Below are positions 20,609 through 31,156 of a stretch of 64,000 nucleotides of DNA, in pieces. Location of the stretch: NCBI GenBank assembly GCA_002753335.1, contig PEAD01000001.1, forward strand, positions 1 to 64,000, given 5' to 3'. Origin of the DNA: Nitrospirae bacterium MYbin3. Its GTDB lineage: Bacteria > Nitrospirota > Thermodesulfovibrionia > Thermodesulfovibrionales > Dissulfurispiraceae. Below the pieces are notes generated by a model. It did no database searches. It saw only the letters and a program-made list of their open reading frames with translations, and was not told the origin of the DNA. Each line of letters begins with the position of its first letter. Positions within the stretch are counted from its first letter, which is position 1. A program made the translations under genes and the position numbers.

Positions 20609-22519
20609 ATGTTACTTGAAGACACCACAAACTTTTTAAAGGACATTCCGCCCTTTCAGTTTCTTGAGCCTGCGGCGGTCAAGGCTCTTGCAGGGAAGAT
20701 GTCACTTGAGTTTTACCCGCAGAACACCATAATCCTGAAGCAGGACGGCCCGCCGAGCGAGACCCTTTTGGTGATCAAAAAAGGCGGGGTCAAGGTATTT
20801 ATCAGGTCGGGCGATGGCGAGGAAGTATTAACAGACTATCGCGGTGAAGGCGACCTTATCGGATACCTATCTCTGTTCAGCGGGGACAAATCAAGGGCTA
20901 ATGTCGCAACCGTTGAAGACACTATGTGCTATGTGATCAATAAAGAGACGATACAGGCTCTTTACGACTCAGAGCCGATTATAAGGGAATTCTTCCATAA
21001 ATCATTCGTCAACAAATATGTGGACAAGACTTTCAAGGAGATGCACAACAAAACGCTGATGATAGGCGGCGGCACCGATACCCTGATGTTTACCACCACC
21101 GTCGGGGAGTTGGCCACAAAAGGCGTTGCAACCGTTTCCAAGGATGTTTCTATACAAGAGGCAGCAGCAATAATGTCAACAAACAAGATAAGCAGCATCG
21201 TACTCATAGATGAAAACTCGGTGCCTGCAGGCATAGTCACCGACAGGGACCTCCAGGACAAGGTTGTTTCAAAGGGCCGCGACACAAAAGAAAAAGTAAG
21301 CAACATAATGAGCCCGTCATTGATAAAGGCAGAGGCAAGGGAATACTGCTTCGAGGCTCTGCTTAAAATGCTTCGCTATAACATCCACCACCTGCTTGTG
21401 GTTGACGACGGCAAACTCAAAGGCATAATAACCAACCACGACCTTATGATGCTTCAGGGCAAATCCCCGCTCTCTTTTGCAAAGGACATAGAAAGCCAGT
21501 TCACGATAGAGGGACTTATACCGGTTTCGCTTAAGGTGAATACCGTTGTGAACCTGCTTTTGAAAGAGGGTGTGAAGGCAAGCAACATATCGAAAATAAT
21601 CTCTGAGCTTAATGACCGGGTTGTAAGAAAAGTCATTGAAATGGCAGAAAAGAAGTTTGGCCAACCGCCGCTTCCTTACTGCTGGATAGTGTTCGGAAGC
21701 GAGGGCAGAAAAGAGCAGACCTTCAAGACGGATCAGGACAACGCGATAATCTTTGCGAACCCTGCATCGCCTGAAGAAAAGCAAAAGGCAAAAGAATATT
21801 TCCATACCTTTGCAGAGTTTGTGAGGGATGGACTTATAAAATGCGGCTTCCCTCCATGCCCGGCAGACAACATGGCCAGCAATCCTGAATGGTGCCAGCC
21901 CTTGAGCGTATGGAAGGGATATTTCGGCGACTGGATTTCGAGGCCTAATCCGGAAGCTGTTTTGAAATCGCTAATATTTTTTGATTTCAGGCCGATCCAT
22001 GGTGATTTCAGCCTTGCTGAAGATTTGAGAATGTATCTTATAAAAATATTGAAAGACCAGAATGTTTTTATGGCCAAGATGGCTTCTGTCATAACCAAAA
22101 ACAGGCCGCCGCTCGGCTTCTTCAAGACCTTTATAGTCGAAAAGAGCGGGGAGCATAAAGATGAAGTAAATCTTAAGATAAACGGTACCGGGCCTCTTGT
22201 GGATGTTGTCAGGATTATGGCTCTTGAGGCAGGAATTTCAGAAACCTCAACGCTCGAAAGGCTTGAGAAGCTGAAAGAGGTGCATCCAACAGCGAGGGAT
22301 CTGGGCGAGGAACTGGCCAATGGTTTTGAGTTTATTACCCTTCTCAGGATTCATCATCAGGTCGAGAGCATCGAAAAGTCAGGGTCGCCGGACAACTTTT
22401 TGAATCCTAACAAGCTTAGCAATCTCGAAAAGAAGACTCTCAAAGAATCTTTTCAGATTATCTCAAAGGCTCAGGATGCTATTGCGGCGCAGTATGGTCC
22501 GGGGATGGTTGGCGGATAA
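20609..22519 (+). CDS. cNMP-binding / CBS-pair / DUF294 nucleotidyltransferase-like protein
   Basis: N-terminal cNMP domain, CBS pair (GIVTDRDL, GIITNHDL), NTase motif FGSEGRKEQTFKTDQDN, IFFDFR. Probable start ATG 20609. Confidence 0.9.
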   Translation: MLLEDTTNFLKDIPPFQFLEPAAVKALAGKMSLEFYPQNTIILKQDGPPSETLLVIKKGGVKVFIRSGDGEEVLTDYRGEGDLIGYLSLFSGDKSRANVATVEDTMCYVINKETIQALYDSEPIIREFFHKSFVNKYVDKTFKEMHNKTLMIGGGTDTLMFTTTVGELATKGVATVSKDVSIQEAAAIMSTNKISSIVLIDENSVPAGIVTDRDLQDKVVSKGRDTKEKVSNIMSPSLIKAEAREYCFEALLKMLRYNIHHLLVVDDGKLKGIITNHDLMMLQGKSPLSFAKDIESQFTIEGLIPVSLKVNTVVNLLLKEGVKASNISKIISELNDRVVRKVIEMAEKKFGQPPLPYCWIVFGSEGRKEQTFKTDQDNAIIFANPASPEEKQKAKEYFHTFAEFVRDGLIKCGFPPCPADNMASNPEWCQPLSVWKGYFGDWISRPNPEAVLKSLIFFDFRPIHGDFSLAEDLRMYLIKILKDQNVFMAKMASVITKNRPPLGFFKTFIVEKSGEHKDEVNLKINGTGPLVDVVRIMALEAGISETSTLERLEKLKEVHPTARDLGEELANGFEFITLLRIHHQVESIEKSGSPDNFLNPNKLSNLEKKTLKESFQIISKAQDAIAAQYGPGMVGG

Positions 22520-22527
22520 GGGCCGCA

Positions 22528-23199
22528 ATGGCCGGATTATTAGAAAGGCTGCTGGGCATTGCGGCAGCAGAAAGCCTTGAACCGGATACAACGGTTCCGA
22601 TAGAAAAGGGCAGATATTTAGTAGTTGATACCGAGTTGACAGGCTTTGACAGGAAAAGGGATTCGATAGTTTCGATAGGGGCTATAAAAATGGACGGCAA
22701 AAGCATAGCGATAGGCGATAGTTTTTATCAGGTGGTCAGTCCGACTACGGCGCTGACAGCGCAGAGTATTGTTGTTCATGAGATAATGCCTTCCGAAACC
22801 GAAGCAAAACCTTTGATAGATAAGGTCTTGTACGAGTTTCTGGAATATGCTAAAGGGTATATTATTGTCGGACATTATATTTCTCTTGACCTTTCATTTA
22901 TCGGCAGAGAGGTAAAAAGAGTGTGTAGGAAAACACTTAAAACACCTGCTGTTGATACGATGACGATTTACGAATGGATAAAAGAGCAGACCCTTGGCCC
23001 GCAAGGCCATCATGGGGCAGCTGCTAATGATATGGATCTGTTTTCGCTAGCAAAGAAGTACAGGATACCGGTAAGCGGGGCGCATAATGCCTTGATGGAC
23101 TCATTTTTGACCGCGCAATTATTTCAGAGATTTTTGTGTTCGCTGCCGGAATTAGGAGTAAGAACAGTTAAAGACCTTCTCAAAATAGGAAGGCCATAA
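22528..23199 (+). CDS. DEDDh 3'-5' exonuclease (DNA pol III epsilon-like)
   Basis: VVDTELTG, VGHYISLD, AHNALMD. Confidence 0.88.
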   Translation: MAGLLERLLGIAAAESLEPDTTVPIEKGRYLVVDTELTGFDRKRDSIVSIGAIKMDGKSIAIGDSFYQVVSPTTALTAQSIVVHEIMPSETEAKPLIDKVLYEFLEYAKGYIIVGHYISLDLSFIGREVKRVCRKTLKTPAVDTMTIYEWIKEQTLGPQGHHGAAANDMDLFSLAKKYRIPVSGAHNALMDSFLTAQLFQRFLCSLPELGVRTVKDLLKIGRP

Positions 23200-23292
23200 A
23201 AAAGGGGGTGATGAAGGGGAGGAAGTAACAAGGCTGCTTGCGTATTTGTATTGCCTTAGTTTAGGGCAAAAAAAGCCAAAAAGGAGGAAGTA

Positions 23293-23598
23293 ATGGCAGA
23301 CGTATTGCACGAAGAAGACAAATTACACGGTTTAGAAGGGATGGACAAGCAGAAGCTCAAAGATTACTGGGCATACAGCGTTAAGCTGACCATTTACACT
23401 CTTATAGTGTGGGCTGTGGTCACATATGGCTGCGCCGCAATAGCCGGCTCGCTGAACAGCATCGTAATATTCGGCTTCCCGCTCGGGTATTACATGGGCG
23501 CGCAGGGCTCATTGATCATCTATGTATGGCTGATCTTCAACTATGCCTTTAAGATGAACAAGGCAGACAAAGACTACGGCGTAGAGGAGGAGGAATAA
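23293..23598 (+). CDS. DUF4212 small membrane subunit of solute:sodium symporter
   Basis: YW...GFPLGYYMGAQGS motif, two TMs, directly upstream of the symporter. Confidence 0.88.
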   Translation: MADVLHEEDKLHGLEGMDKQKLKDYWAYSVKLTIYTLIVWAVVTYGCAAIAGSLNSIVIFGFPLGYYMGAQGSLIIYVWLIFNYAFKMNKADKDYGVEEEE

Positions 23599-25614
23599 AT
23601 GGCATCAGTCGGAGGCAAATCATTTCTTGACAACTTAGGCAAGATTTACGCGATATACACAGGCGTATTTATACTCTTTGTTATCGCGCTCGGCATCGGT
23701 GAGAGCATGGGCATGTCAAATGCCGCAATAGGTTACACCTACATGGGCATCACCATCGGTCTTTACGCTGTTATCGGCATCTCTTCAAGAACAGCAAAGG
23801 CTTCAGAGTATTATGTTGCGGGCCGCTCTGTTCCTGCGTTCTTCAACGGTATGGCAACCGGCTCGGACTGGATGTCTGCTGCATCATTTATCGGTATGGC
23901 AGGCACGATCTTCGGCCTCGGTTATGACGGCCTCGCCTACATTATGGGTTGGACCGGCGGCTATGTTCTTTTGGCCGTCTTCCTCGGCCCCTACCTCAGA
24001 AAGTTCGGTCAGTTCACGATCCCCGACTTTCTCGGCGCACGTTTTGGCGGCCATGCAGCAAGAACAATAGGCATCATTGCTGCCATCACAGCATCCTTCA
24101 CCTACCTGATAGCTCAGGTTACCGGTGTTGGAATCATCATGTCCAGATTCTTGGGCCTCGATTTTACGATTGGAGTATTTGTCGGTCTCGGCGGCATCCT
24201 AGTCTGTTCCTTGCTCGGCGGAATGAAGGCCGTTACATGGACGCAGGTTGCTCAGTACATCATTCTTATCATCGCATACCTTATCCCGCCTACGGTTATG
24301 TCTTACAAAATGACAGGCGTTCCTGTATCCGAGATAATGTATGGTCAGATACTTCAGAAGATAGATGCAAAGGAAAAAGTGATAAACGCTGATGCAAAAG
24401 AAACTGAGGTCCGGGAATTATGGAAGCAGGAGGCTGCAAAGCTCGATGCTGACATTAAAGGACTGCCCGGAAGCCTTGATGCAAAGAAGGCTGATCTTCA
24501 GGCAAAGATAGCTGCAATTACTCCTGAATCACCTGCCGGCGAAAAGGAAAAGCTCGAAAAGGCGTTGAAAGCTCTTCCCCCAGACGCTGAAGTGGCAAAA
24601 GAGAAATGGGATGCGGCAAAAAAGGCTGCAGCCGCAAAGTCTAAGCCTATCAAGCCTTACATCGAGCCGTTCGCAAGGCTTGACATGAAGAACATGCTGG
24701 CGCTCACCTTCTGCCTTATGGTCGGCACAGCAGGACTGCCGCATATTTTGATGAGGTACTACACCGTTCCTTCTGTTAAGGACGCACGTATCTCTTGCGG
24801 ATGGTCGCTCTTCTTCATATTCCTCCTCTATTTTACAGCGCCCGCTTACGCGGCGTTTGCGAGGGACACGGTTTTAAGCAATATTGTCGGGTTGCCTATC
24901 GCTTCGCTTCCGGCATGGATGGCGAACTGGGCAAAGGTCGGATTGGTTTCGTTCAAGGACATCAATGCTGACGGAATACTCCAGTTCTATGAGTTGACCA
25001 TAGGTGCGGATGCTATCGTTCTTGCGATGCCCGAAATGGCCGGACTTCCTTATGTTATCTCCGGTCTTGTTGCAGCGGGCGGTCTTGCAGCAGCGCTCTC
25101 AACAGCGGACGGTCTGCTTCTGACCATATCCAATGCGCTTTCGCATGACCTTTATTACAAAATGATCAATCCGCAGGCATCCATTCTTAAGAGACTTACC
25201 GTTTCCAGAATCTTGCTGGTTTTGACAGCCCTTTTCTCTGCATGGGTCGCCACCTTTAAGCTGACGATTATCGTTGAGCTCGTTGCATGGGCCTTCTCGA
25301 TAGCGGCAGCCTCCTTCTTCCCTGCTCTCGTTATGGGAATCTGGGACAAGAGGTCGAACAAGGCCGGCGCGCTTGCAGGCATGTGGATCGGCTTCACCAC
25401 CTGCCTTGTTTACATGATAGGCAGCCGTTTCTACGGCCTTGACATCTGGGGAATCAGGACCATCTCATCAGGTCTGTTCGGTATTCCGTTAGGGTTTATA
25501 GCATGCTATGCTGTTTCGAGAATGACCGCGCCTCCTTCACAGGAGCTGCAGGACTTTGTCGAGAGCGTCAGAATTCCAAGAGGCGCAGCAAAAGCATCAA
25601 CTCACGACGATTAA
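23599..25614 (+). CDS. actP: Cation/acetate symporter, ActP-like (SSS family, VC_2705 type)
   Basis: YYVAGR, NGMATGSDWMSAASF, GTAGLPHILMRYYT, AAALSTADGLLL; lies next to acs. Confidence 0.85.
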   Translation: MASVGGKSFLDNLGKIYAIYTGVFILFVIALGIGESMGMSNAAIGYTYMGITIGLYAVIGISSRTAKASEYYVAGRSVPAFFNGMATGSDWMSAASFIGMAGTIFGLGYDGLAYIMGWTGGYVLLAVFLGPYLRKFGQFTIPDFLGARFGGHAARTIGIIAAITASFTYLIAQVTGVGIIMSRFLGLDFTIGVFVGLGGILVCSLLGGMKAVTWTQVAQYIILIIAYLIPPTVMSYKMTGVPVSEIMYGQILQKIDAKEKVINADAKETEVRELWKQEAAKLDADIKGLPGSLDAKKADLQAKIAAITPESPAGEKEKLEKALKALPPDAEVAKEKWDAAKKAAAAKSKPIKPYIEPFARLDMKNMLALTFCLMVGTAGLPHILMRYYTVPSVKDARISCGWSLFFIFLLYFTAPAYAAFARDTVLSNIVGLPIASLPAWMANWAKVGLVSFKDINADGILQFYELTIGADAIVLAMPEMAGLPYVISGLVAAGGLAAALSTADGLLLTISNALSHDLYYKMINPQASILKRLTVSRILLVLTALFSAWVATFKLTIIVELVAWAFSIAAASFFPALVMGIWDKRSNKAGALAGMWIGFTTCLVYMIGSRFYGLDIWGIRTISSGLFGIPLGFIACYAVSRMTAPPSQELQDFVESVRIPRGAAKASTHDD

Positions 25615-25620
25615 TATTTT

Positions 25621-25654
25621 ATACAGGCAGCGGGCATCTGCCCGCTGCCTGTAT
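25621..25654 (+). terminator. Strong hairpin after the symporter (terminator or stabiliser)
   Basis: ATACAGGCAGCGGGCA-tc-TGCCCGCTGCCTGTAT perfect inverted repeat with a weak U tract. Confidence 0.55.
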
Positions 25655-25668
25655 CCTAAACCAAAATT

Positions 25669-25938
25669 ATGAATATCTGGGTAATACAGGGAATAAACTA
25701 CACGCTTTCTTTTTTAATGTGGGCCATAGTGGGAAGAGGGTTTCTGCGTATGATAACCGGCAACAGGCAGTCTATCTTTATGAATGCCTTTATTAAGCTG
25801 ACAGAGCCTGTTTACAACATCACGAGGAAACTGGTGCCGTTTGCAAAAGGCGGATGGATACCGGTAATTTCATTCATTTTAATCTTTGCTGTTCGTCTTT
25901 CTATAATCATAATTTTTCAGCCCGGAACAAATAGGTAG
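25669..25938 (+). CDS. YggT-like small membrane protein
   Basis: Hydrophobic 89 aa with KLTEPVY...RKLVP, resembling YggT. Confidence 0.65.
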   Translation: MNIWVIQGINYTLSFLMWAIVGRGFLRMITGNRQSIFMNAFIKLTEPVYNITRKLVPFAKGGWIPVISFILIFAVRLSIIIIFQPGTNR

Positions 25939-25947
25939 GAGAGTTCG

Positions 25948-27183
25948 ATGGAATCCCCAGCATCAATAGAAATAGCCAAGAGTGTCCTTTACACCTTCGG
26001 GGTGATCCTTGCGGCAGGCTCATTTTCGGGCCTTCTGGCGCAGAAGCTCAAGATACCGGACATAGTTGTATTTTTACTTGTGGGCATGCTGCTCGGCCCT
26101 GAGCTGACCGGTATAGTAACCATAACTCAGGAATCGACGCTTAACCAGCTTATACTTATATTCGGCTCCTGCTATATACTTTTTGACGGCGGTGCATCGT
26201 TAAGATTTAATGTTCTGAAAGAGGTCTGGATAACGATTACTATAATCGCGACTATCGGCGTAGTTATAATGACCTTTATTACCGGCATAGCAGCCTATTA
26301 CATAATCGGCGTGCCATTTATAATCGCGCTTCTTTTGGGTGCAACCATCGCATCCACAGACCCAGCCACACTCGTTCCTATTTTCAAGCAGGTAAAGATA
26401 AAGGACAGGGTTTCACAGACCGTGATGAGCGAGTCTGCGTTCAATGATGCTATGGGCGCGATAGTAACTTTTGCTGTTCTTGCGGTGGCGATGGGTTCTG
26501 GGGAATTCTCTGTTTCTGAGTCACTTATAAAACTGCTTAAAGAATCATTTATCGGGATAATAGTCGGCGCTGTTGCGGGCTACCTCGCAGCTCTTTTGAT
26601 AGCGCATGAAAAATATGATTTTCTTGCCGAATATGCCCCTGTCGTAACTTTGATGGCGGTAATGGGCGCTTACTTGGGCGCTGACAACCTGCATGCAAGC
26701 GGTTTCATGGCTGTGTTTGTGTTCGGCATTATGCTTGGCAACAAGGAATCGTTCGGGTTTAAGGCAGAGCATGGCGAAAACGAGAAGCTCGAAGAGTATG
26801 TGCTCACGACAGCCTTTATCATGCGGATGTTCATATTCATACTGCTCGGGGCGCAGGTCAATTTCGGCCTTATGAACAAATACCTCTTTGGCGGGGTTGC
26901 TGTTGTTACAATCTTTATGCTGATAGGAAGGCCTTTGACAGTCTTTCTATGCGCTATGCCCGACAGAAGGGCTAAATGGAGCATGAACGAACTGCTGTTT
27001 ATGTGCTGGACAAGGGAGACGGGAGTAATCCCTGCAGCGCTTGCAGGGTTGCTGGTGGGAATGAACGCACCGGGGGCGCAGATGATCTCGTCCGTCACTT
27101 TCATAGCTATTTTGATGACGATAATCATACAGGCAACAACCACAAAATGGCTGGCCGGCAAGCTCGGCCTGCTTGTGGAATAA
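25948..27183 (+). CDS. CPA1 family Na+(K+)/H+ antiporter (NhaP-like)
   Basis: Multiple TMs, ILFDGG, ASTDPA, ESAFNDA. Confidence 0.9.
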   Translation: MESPASIEIAKSVLYTFGVILAAGSFSGLLAQKLKIPDIVVFLLVGMLLGPELTGIVTITQESTLNQLILIFGSCYILFDGGASLRFNVLKEVWITITIIATIGVVIMTFITGIAAYYIIGVPFIIALLLGATIASTDPATLVPIFKQVKIKDRVSQTVMSESAFNDAMGAIVTFAVLAVAMGSGEFSVSESLIKLLKESFIGIIVGAVAGYLAALLIAHEKYDFLAEYAPVVTLMAVMGAYLGADNLHASGFMAVFVFGIMLGNKESFGFKAEHGENEKLEEYVLTTAFIMRMFIFILLGAQVNFGLMNKYLFGGVAVVTIFMLIGRPLTVFLCAMPDRRAKWSMNELLFMCWTRETGVIPAALAGLLVGMNAPGAQMISSVTFIAILMTIIIQATTTKWLAGKLGLLVE

Positions 27184-27234
27184 CATTAGGTTTCAGGCAG
27201 CATATTTCATATAAAAAAAGAGAAGGAGGAGAGG

Positions 27235-29211
27235 ATGGCAGAAGCTAACAAGATTGATGTTTTGATGGAGGAGAAAAGGACATTTCCCCCGTCAAAGGAG
27301 TTCAGCGCACAGGCTCATATCAAGAGCTTGGCAGAGTACGAGGCTATGTACAAGCGGTCGGTTGAAGACCCCGAGGGATTCTGGGCCGAGATGGCAGAGA
27401 AGAACCTCACATGGTTTAAAAAATGGGATAAGGTTCTTGAGTATGATTTTAACAAGCCTTTTATCAAATGGTTTCAGGGCGGCAAGCTGAATGTATCCTA
27501 CAACTGCCTCGACAGACACATAAATACAGCCACAAGGAACAAGGCCGCCATAATATGGGAGGCTGACGACGGCTCATACAAGACCTATACATATCAGCAG
27601 CTTTTTATGGAGGTCAACAGGTTTGCGAACGTCCTGCATAAAAATGGAATAAAGAGGGGTGACAGGGTAACAATCTATCTACCGATGATTCCTGAACTTG
27701 CAATAGCGATGCTTGCCTGCTCCAGAATCGGCGCGATACACAGCATAGTTTTCGGCGGCTTCAGCGCTACAGCGCTCAGGGACAGGATACAGGACTGTCA
27801 GTCGAAGCTTTGCATTACGGCTGACAAGGGAGTCAGAGGCGGAAAGTTCGTTCCTCTTAAATCCAACAATGACGAAGCTATCGAAGAATGCCCCACAGTC
27901 GAGAAGGTGATAGTTGTAAAGCGCGGCGACGGTGAGGTCGCTATGAAAGCAGGCAGAGATATATGGTGGCATGAAGAAATGAAAGCTGCTGACATAAAGA
28001 ACGTGTGTGAGCCTGAGCAGATGGATGCAGAAGACCCGCTCTTCATACTGTACACCTCCGGTTCTACAGGAAAACCGAAGGGCGTGCTTCACACCACCGG
28101 AGGCTATTCACTTTATGCAAATCTTACGTTCAAATATATCTTCGACTACCATGATGAAGATATACATTTCTGCCACCCCGACATCGGCTGGGTTACCGGC
28201 CATAGCTACATCGTTTACGGGCCTCTGTCTGCAGGCGCTACAAGCCTCATGTTTGAGGGCATACCGTCTTATCCTGATGCAGGAAGGTTCTGGGAAATAT
28301 GTGCAAAGCATAGGGTAAATATTTTCTACACCGCTCCGACAGCGATAAGAGCTCTTATGAGGGAAGGTGAAACATGGCCTGCAAAGCATGACCTCTCATC
28401 CCTGAGAGTGCTTGGCTCTGTTGGTGAGCCGATCAATCCCGAGGCATGGATGTGGTATCACAGAAACATAGGAAAAGAGAAGCTTCCGATAGTTGACACA
28501 TGGTGGCAGACAGAAACCGGAGGCATTCTGATAACCCCGCTTCCGGGCGCAATGACACTGAAGCCAGGCTCTGCTACAAGACCGTTCTTTGGCGTTGTAC
28601 CGAAAGTTCTTAAGGATGACGGCAGTCCGGCAGCAGCAAACGAAGGCGGAAAGCTTGTTATCGAAAAACCGTGGCCCGGAATGCTCCGTGGTACCTATGG
28701 CGATCCTGAGAACAAACGCATCAAGGAAGTATATTTCTCACAGTATGCTGGCAAATACTTCACCGGAGACGGAGCCAGAGTGGATGAGGACGGCGACTAC
28801 TGGCTTATGGGGCGTATTGATGATGTTATTAATATCTCGGGCCACCGCTTAGGCACTGCCGAAGTAGAGTCGGCGCTGGTAAGCCATGCAAAGGTGGCAG
28901 AGGCGGCGGTTGTCGGATATCCGCACGACATAAAAGGCGAAGGCATCTATGTGTATGTAACGCTAAAGCAGGGAATCGATCCTTCAGATGCGCTTAAAAA
29001 GGAACTGGTCGGCCATGTCAGGACCGTTATCGGACCTATTGCTACACCTGACAAACTTCAGTTCGCTCCCGGACTGCCAAAGACAAGAAGCGGCAAGATT
29101 ATGAGAAGAATTCTCAGAAAGATCGCCCATGGACAGACGGACGAGCTTGGGGATACATCCACGCTTGCTGATCCTTCGGTTGTGGAAAGTCTTGTAAAAG
29201 GCAAACTATAG
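27235..29211 (+). CDS. acs: Acetyl-CoA synthetase (AMP-forming)
   Basis: [44 protein letters not shown]. Confidence 0.97.
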   Translation: MAEANKIDVLMEEKRTFPPSKEFSAQAHIKSLAEYEAMYKRSVEDPEGFWAEMAEKNLTWFKKWDKVLEYDFNKPFIKWFQGGKLNVSYNCLDRHINTATRNKAAIIWEADDGSYKTYTYQQLFMEVNRFANVLHKNGIKRGDRVTIYLPMIPELAIAMLACSRIGAIHSIVFGGFSATALRDRIQDCQSKLCITADKGVRGGKFVPLKSNNDEAIEECPTVEKVIVVKRGDGEVAMKAGRDIWWHEEMKAADIKNVCEPEQMDAEDPLFILYTSGSTGKPKGVLHTTGGYSLYANLTFKYIFDYHDEDIHFCHPDIGWVTGHSYIVYGPLSAGATSLMFEGIPSYPDAGRFWEICAKHRVNIFYTAPTAIRALMREGETWPAKHDLSSLRVLGSVGEPINPEAWMWYHRNIGKEKLPIVDTWWQTETGGILITPLPGAMTLKPGSATRPFFGVVPKVLKDDGSPAAANEGGKLVIEKPWPGMLRGTYGDPENKRIKEVYFSQYAGKYFTGDGARVDEDGDYWLMGRIDDVINISGHRLGTAEVESALVSHAKVAEAAVVGYPHDIKGEGIYVYVTLKQGIDPSDALKKELVGHVRTVIGPIATPDKLQFAPGLPKTRSGKIMRRILRKIAHGQTDELGDTSTLADPSVVESLVKGKL

Positions 29212-29227
29212 AAGCATAATCGTACAA

Positions 29228-29261
29228 AAGAAAGAGGGCGGTATTTTCCGCCCTCTTTCTT
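29228..29261 (+). terminator. Rho-independent terminator
   Basis: aagaaagaGGGCGG-tattt-tCCGCCCtctttctt after acs. Confidence 0.8.
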
Positions 29262-29469
29262 GCATTTTGGGCCTTATAATGTTATAACTAAGCACAGGGA
29301 AAGGGGAGGATGCTGACGTGATTTTAGACAATTCATCAATCGCCCGTCATAGCGGAAACAAAATCAGTGATAAGTTTCTGCAATGGTTTTTCCCCAGACA
29401 CTCAGGGATTTCGCCTCCAGAAGCATCTATCTTAACTGTAGAATAAAAAATATACTTAAGGAGGTTCTT

Positions 29470-29910
29470 ATGGGTTTTTTTAGCAAGCTGTTTGGTGGTG
29501 GAGCAGAAAAGGAATATCCTGCACTCGACGCTGCGTCTTCTGCAGGACAGTCTTTAGAAAAGTTTCGTCCCCAGTTGGAGACGTTGATAAAAAAAATTGA
29601 TGACAAATACGAGGTGGTTCCTTCGGCCAAGGCGCTTTATACCTTTCTCGGCAACCCTCCCGGAATGTTTGGCATGGTCTGGTTTTTAGAAAATGATCCT
29701 GCAGAGCATAACATGAAAAGTCTGATGGCAAAAAAGGGTTTTGGACAAAAGAAGATAGACACCATTATGATCAAGCTTAGGGAGGCTTATACCGAAGCCG
29801 AAGCTGAGGCACGTTTTTCGGCGGAGGCGGCCGGAAAGAAAATTATTGTTATTCCTTCCGAGGTCTTAGCAGAAAAGCTTTACAAGATACTGCATACGAT
29901 GGACGAATAA
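29470..29910 (+). CDS. Hypothetical protein
   Basis: RBS aggagg before ATG 29470 (MGFFSKLFGG), and followed by a terminator. Confidence 0.75.
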   Translation: MGFFSKLFGGGAEKEYPALDAASSAGQSLEKFRPQLETLIKKIDDKYEVVPSAKALYTFLGNPPGMFGMVWFLENDPAEHNMKSLMAKKGFGQKKIDTIMIKLREAYTEAEAEARFSAEAAGKKIIVIPSEVLAEKLYKILHTMDE

Positions 29911-29938
29911 GCTAAAAGATTGTTAGCATAGTTAACAC

Positions 29939-29970
29939 AAAAAAGAAGCGGCGTATGCCGCTTCTTTTTT
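29939..29970 (+). terminator. Rho-independent terminator (possibly bidirectional)
   Basis: aaaaaaGAAGCGGC-gtat-GCCGCTTCtttttt. Confidence 0.85.
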
Positions 29971-30008
29971 GTAGAAGTTAGCCGTGCCAAGGAGGTATCT
30001 TTTTTAAA

Positions 30009-30581
30009 ATGAATCATTTAAAGCATTTTGCAAAAAAGGTTATAAGCAAAGAGTACAGACAGCTCTGCAAACAGGTTGAAGCGCTTAAAACCCTGCCGAT
30101 AGACGATGCCTACGACAAGGCCGGTGATATGCTGCATCAGCTTTGCATAAGAAAGGCGGCCGAGTTTGTTAAAGACGCACAGGCGCGTGATGAATCTCCG
30201 TTTAGAGACCTGCATGAACATGACTTTTTTCATGAGATGCTTATAGTTGACCTCTGGATGGCTGACAAAGTATTTGCCGGAAAGAGAAAGGCTGTTGCCG
30301 ACAGCCTTCATAAACAGTATGAGAGAGTCTTTTATCTTTCGGGCCATGCTGATAAATCTCTCGAAGAGATGCGCAGAAAGTTCGAAATGTATTCAGACAC
30401 ATGGTGCGATATTACAGGGCATCAGGATGAATTTGGGCTTGCTGTTTCTAAAAACCTCTTTGGCAATCGTGAGTTTAGGGCACCTCACACTTCGTTCTGG
30501 ATAGTCTGGCATGCTGATGAAATGAAAAAACTGTTTGTCGAGATTCGCAAGCTTATGAAGGGGCTGAAAAGCAAGGCCTAA
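30009..30581 (+). CDS. Hypothetical protein
   Basis: 190-aa ORF with RBS aggagg upstream. No family recognised. Confidence 0.65.
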   Translation: MNHLKHFAKKVISKEYRQLCKQVEALKTLPIDDAYDKAGDMLHQLCIRKAAEFVKDAQARDESPFRDLHEHDFFHEMLIVDLWMADKVFAGKRKAVADSLHKQYERVFYLSGHADKSLEEMRRKFEMYSDTWCDITGHQDEFGLAVSKNLFGNREFRAPHTSFWIVWHADEMKKLFVEIRKLMKGLKSKA

Positions 30582-30725
30582 AATGCCTGACAACATGCTG
30601 ATTTACAATGTTTTAATGCGTTCGCTTTTCTGTTGTTCTGGTTGACATTAATAGGGGTATTAAAATAAAATATACCGTTTGTGAAACAAAAACAAAATTT
30701 AAAATAAAGAAAAGAGGTGAAGAAA

Positions 30726-31070
30726 ATGAGAAAAGATTTTAAACTGTTTTCCCTGATTGTTTTCGTCTGTATGTTTGCATTCATATTTGTCGGATGCTCC
30801 TCAAAACCTGCAGGACCGGATCCGGCCGAAATCATAAAGGCTATCCAGACAACGGTTGAAGGCACTCCAGCAGGGCTGAAAATCAAGTCGCCGATAACAA
30901 TAGTGGAGCCTGCTAAACCGGTGGGAGACGGCAAAGAATATTCTGTTAAGTCAGAATACACCGTTGTTGACAAAGAGGGCAAAGAGAAGAAAGAAACAGT
31001 AACCTATAAACTTACATCCTCCATAAATGATATGGGTGTTGTTGTTTGGATGGCTATGGATATGAAATAA
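30726..31070 (+). CDS. Putative lipoprotein
   Basis: Signal peptide with lipobox FVGC and RBS aagagg. Confidence 0.75.
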   Translation: MRKDFKLFSLIVFVCMFAFIFVGCSSKPAGPDPAEIIKAIQTTVEGTPAGLKIKSPITIVEPAKPVGDGKEYSVKSEYTVVDKEGKEKKETVTYKLTSSINDMGVVVWMAMDMK

Positions 31071-31098
31071 GCTTTTTGTAAGGGTTCGAAGTTTTTGA

Positions 31099-31130
31099 TA
31101 AAGAGGGCGATGCAATCGCCCTCTTTTTTT
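31099..31130 (+). terminator. Rho-independent terminator
   Basis: aaaaGAGGGCGAT-gca-ATCGCCCTC followed by a T tract. Confidence 0.85.
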
Positions 31131-31156
31131 ACGCTAAATGTTAGAATTGAACTGAA

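Noticed and set aside
29285..29430. Intergenic stretch after acs as a possible ncRNA
   Set aside because: No convincing stems or known motif by eye. A covariance search would be needed.
29976..29990. Minus-strand TTGGCACGGCTAAC as a sigma54 promoter
   Set aside because: It has a -24 box but no GC at the -12 position, and it points into a terminator with no downstream gene.
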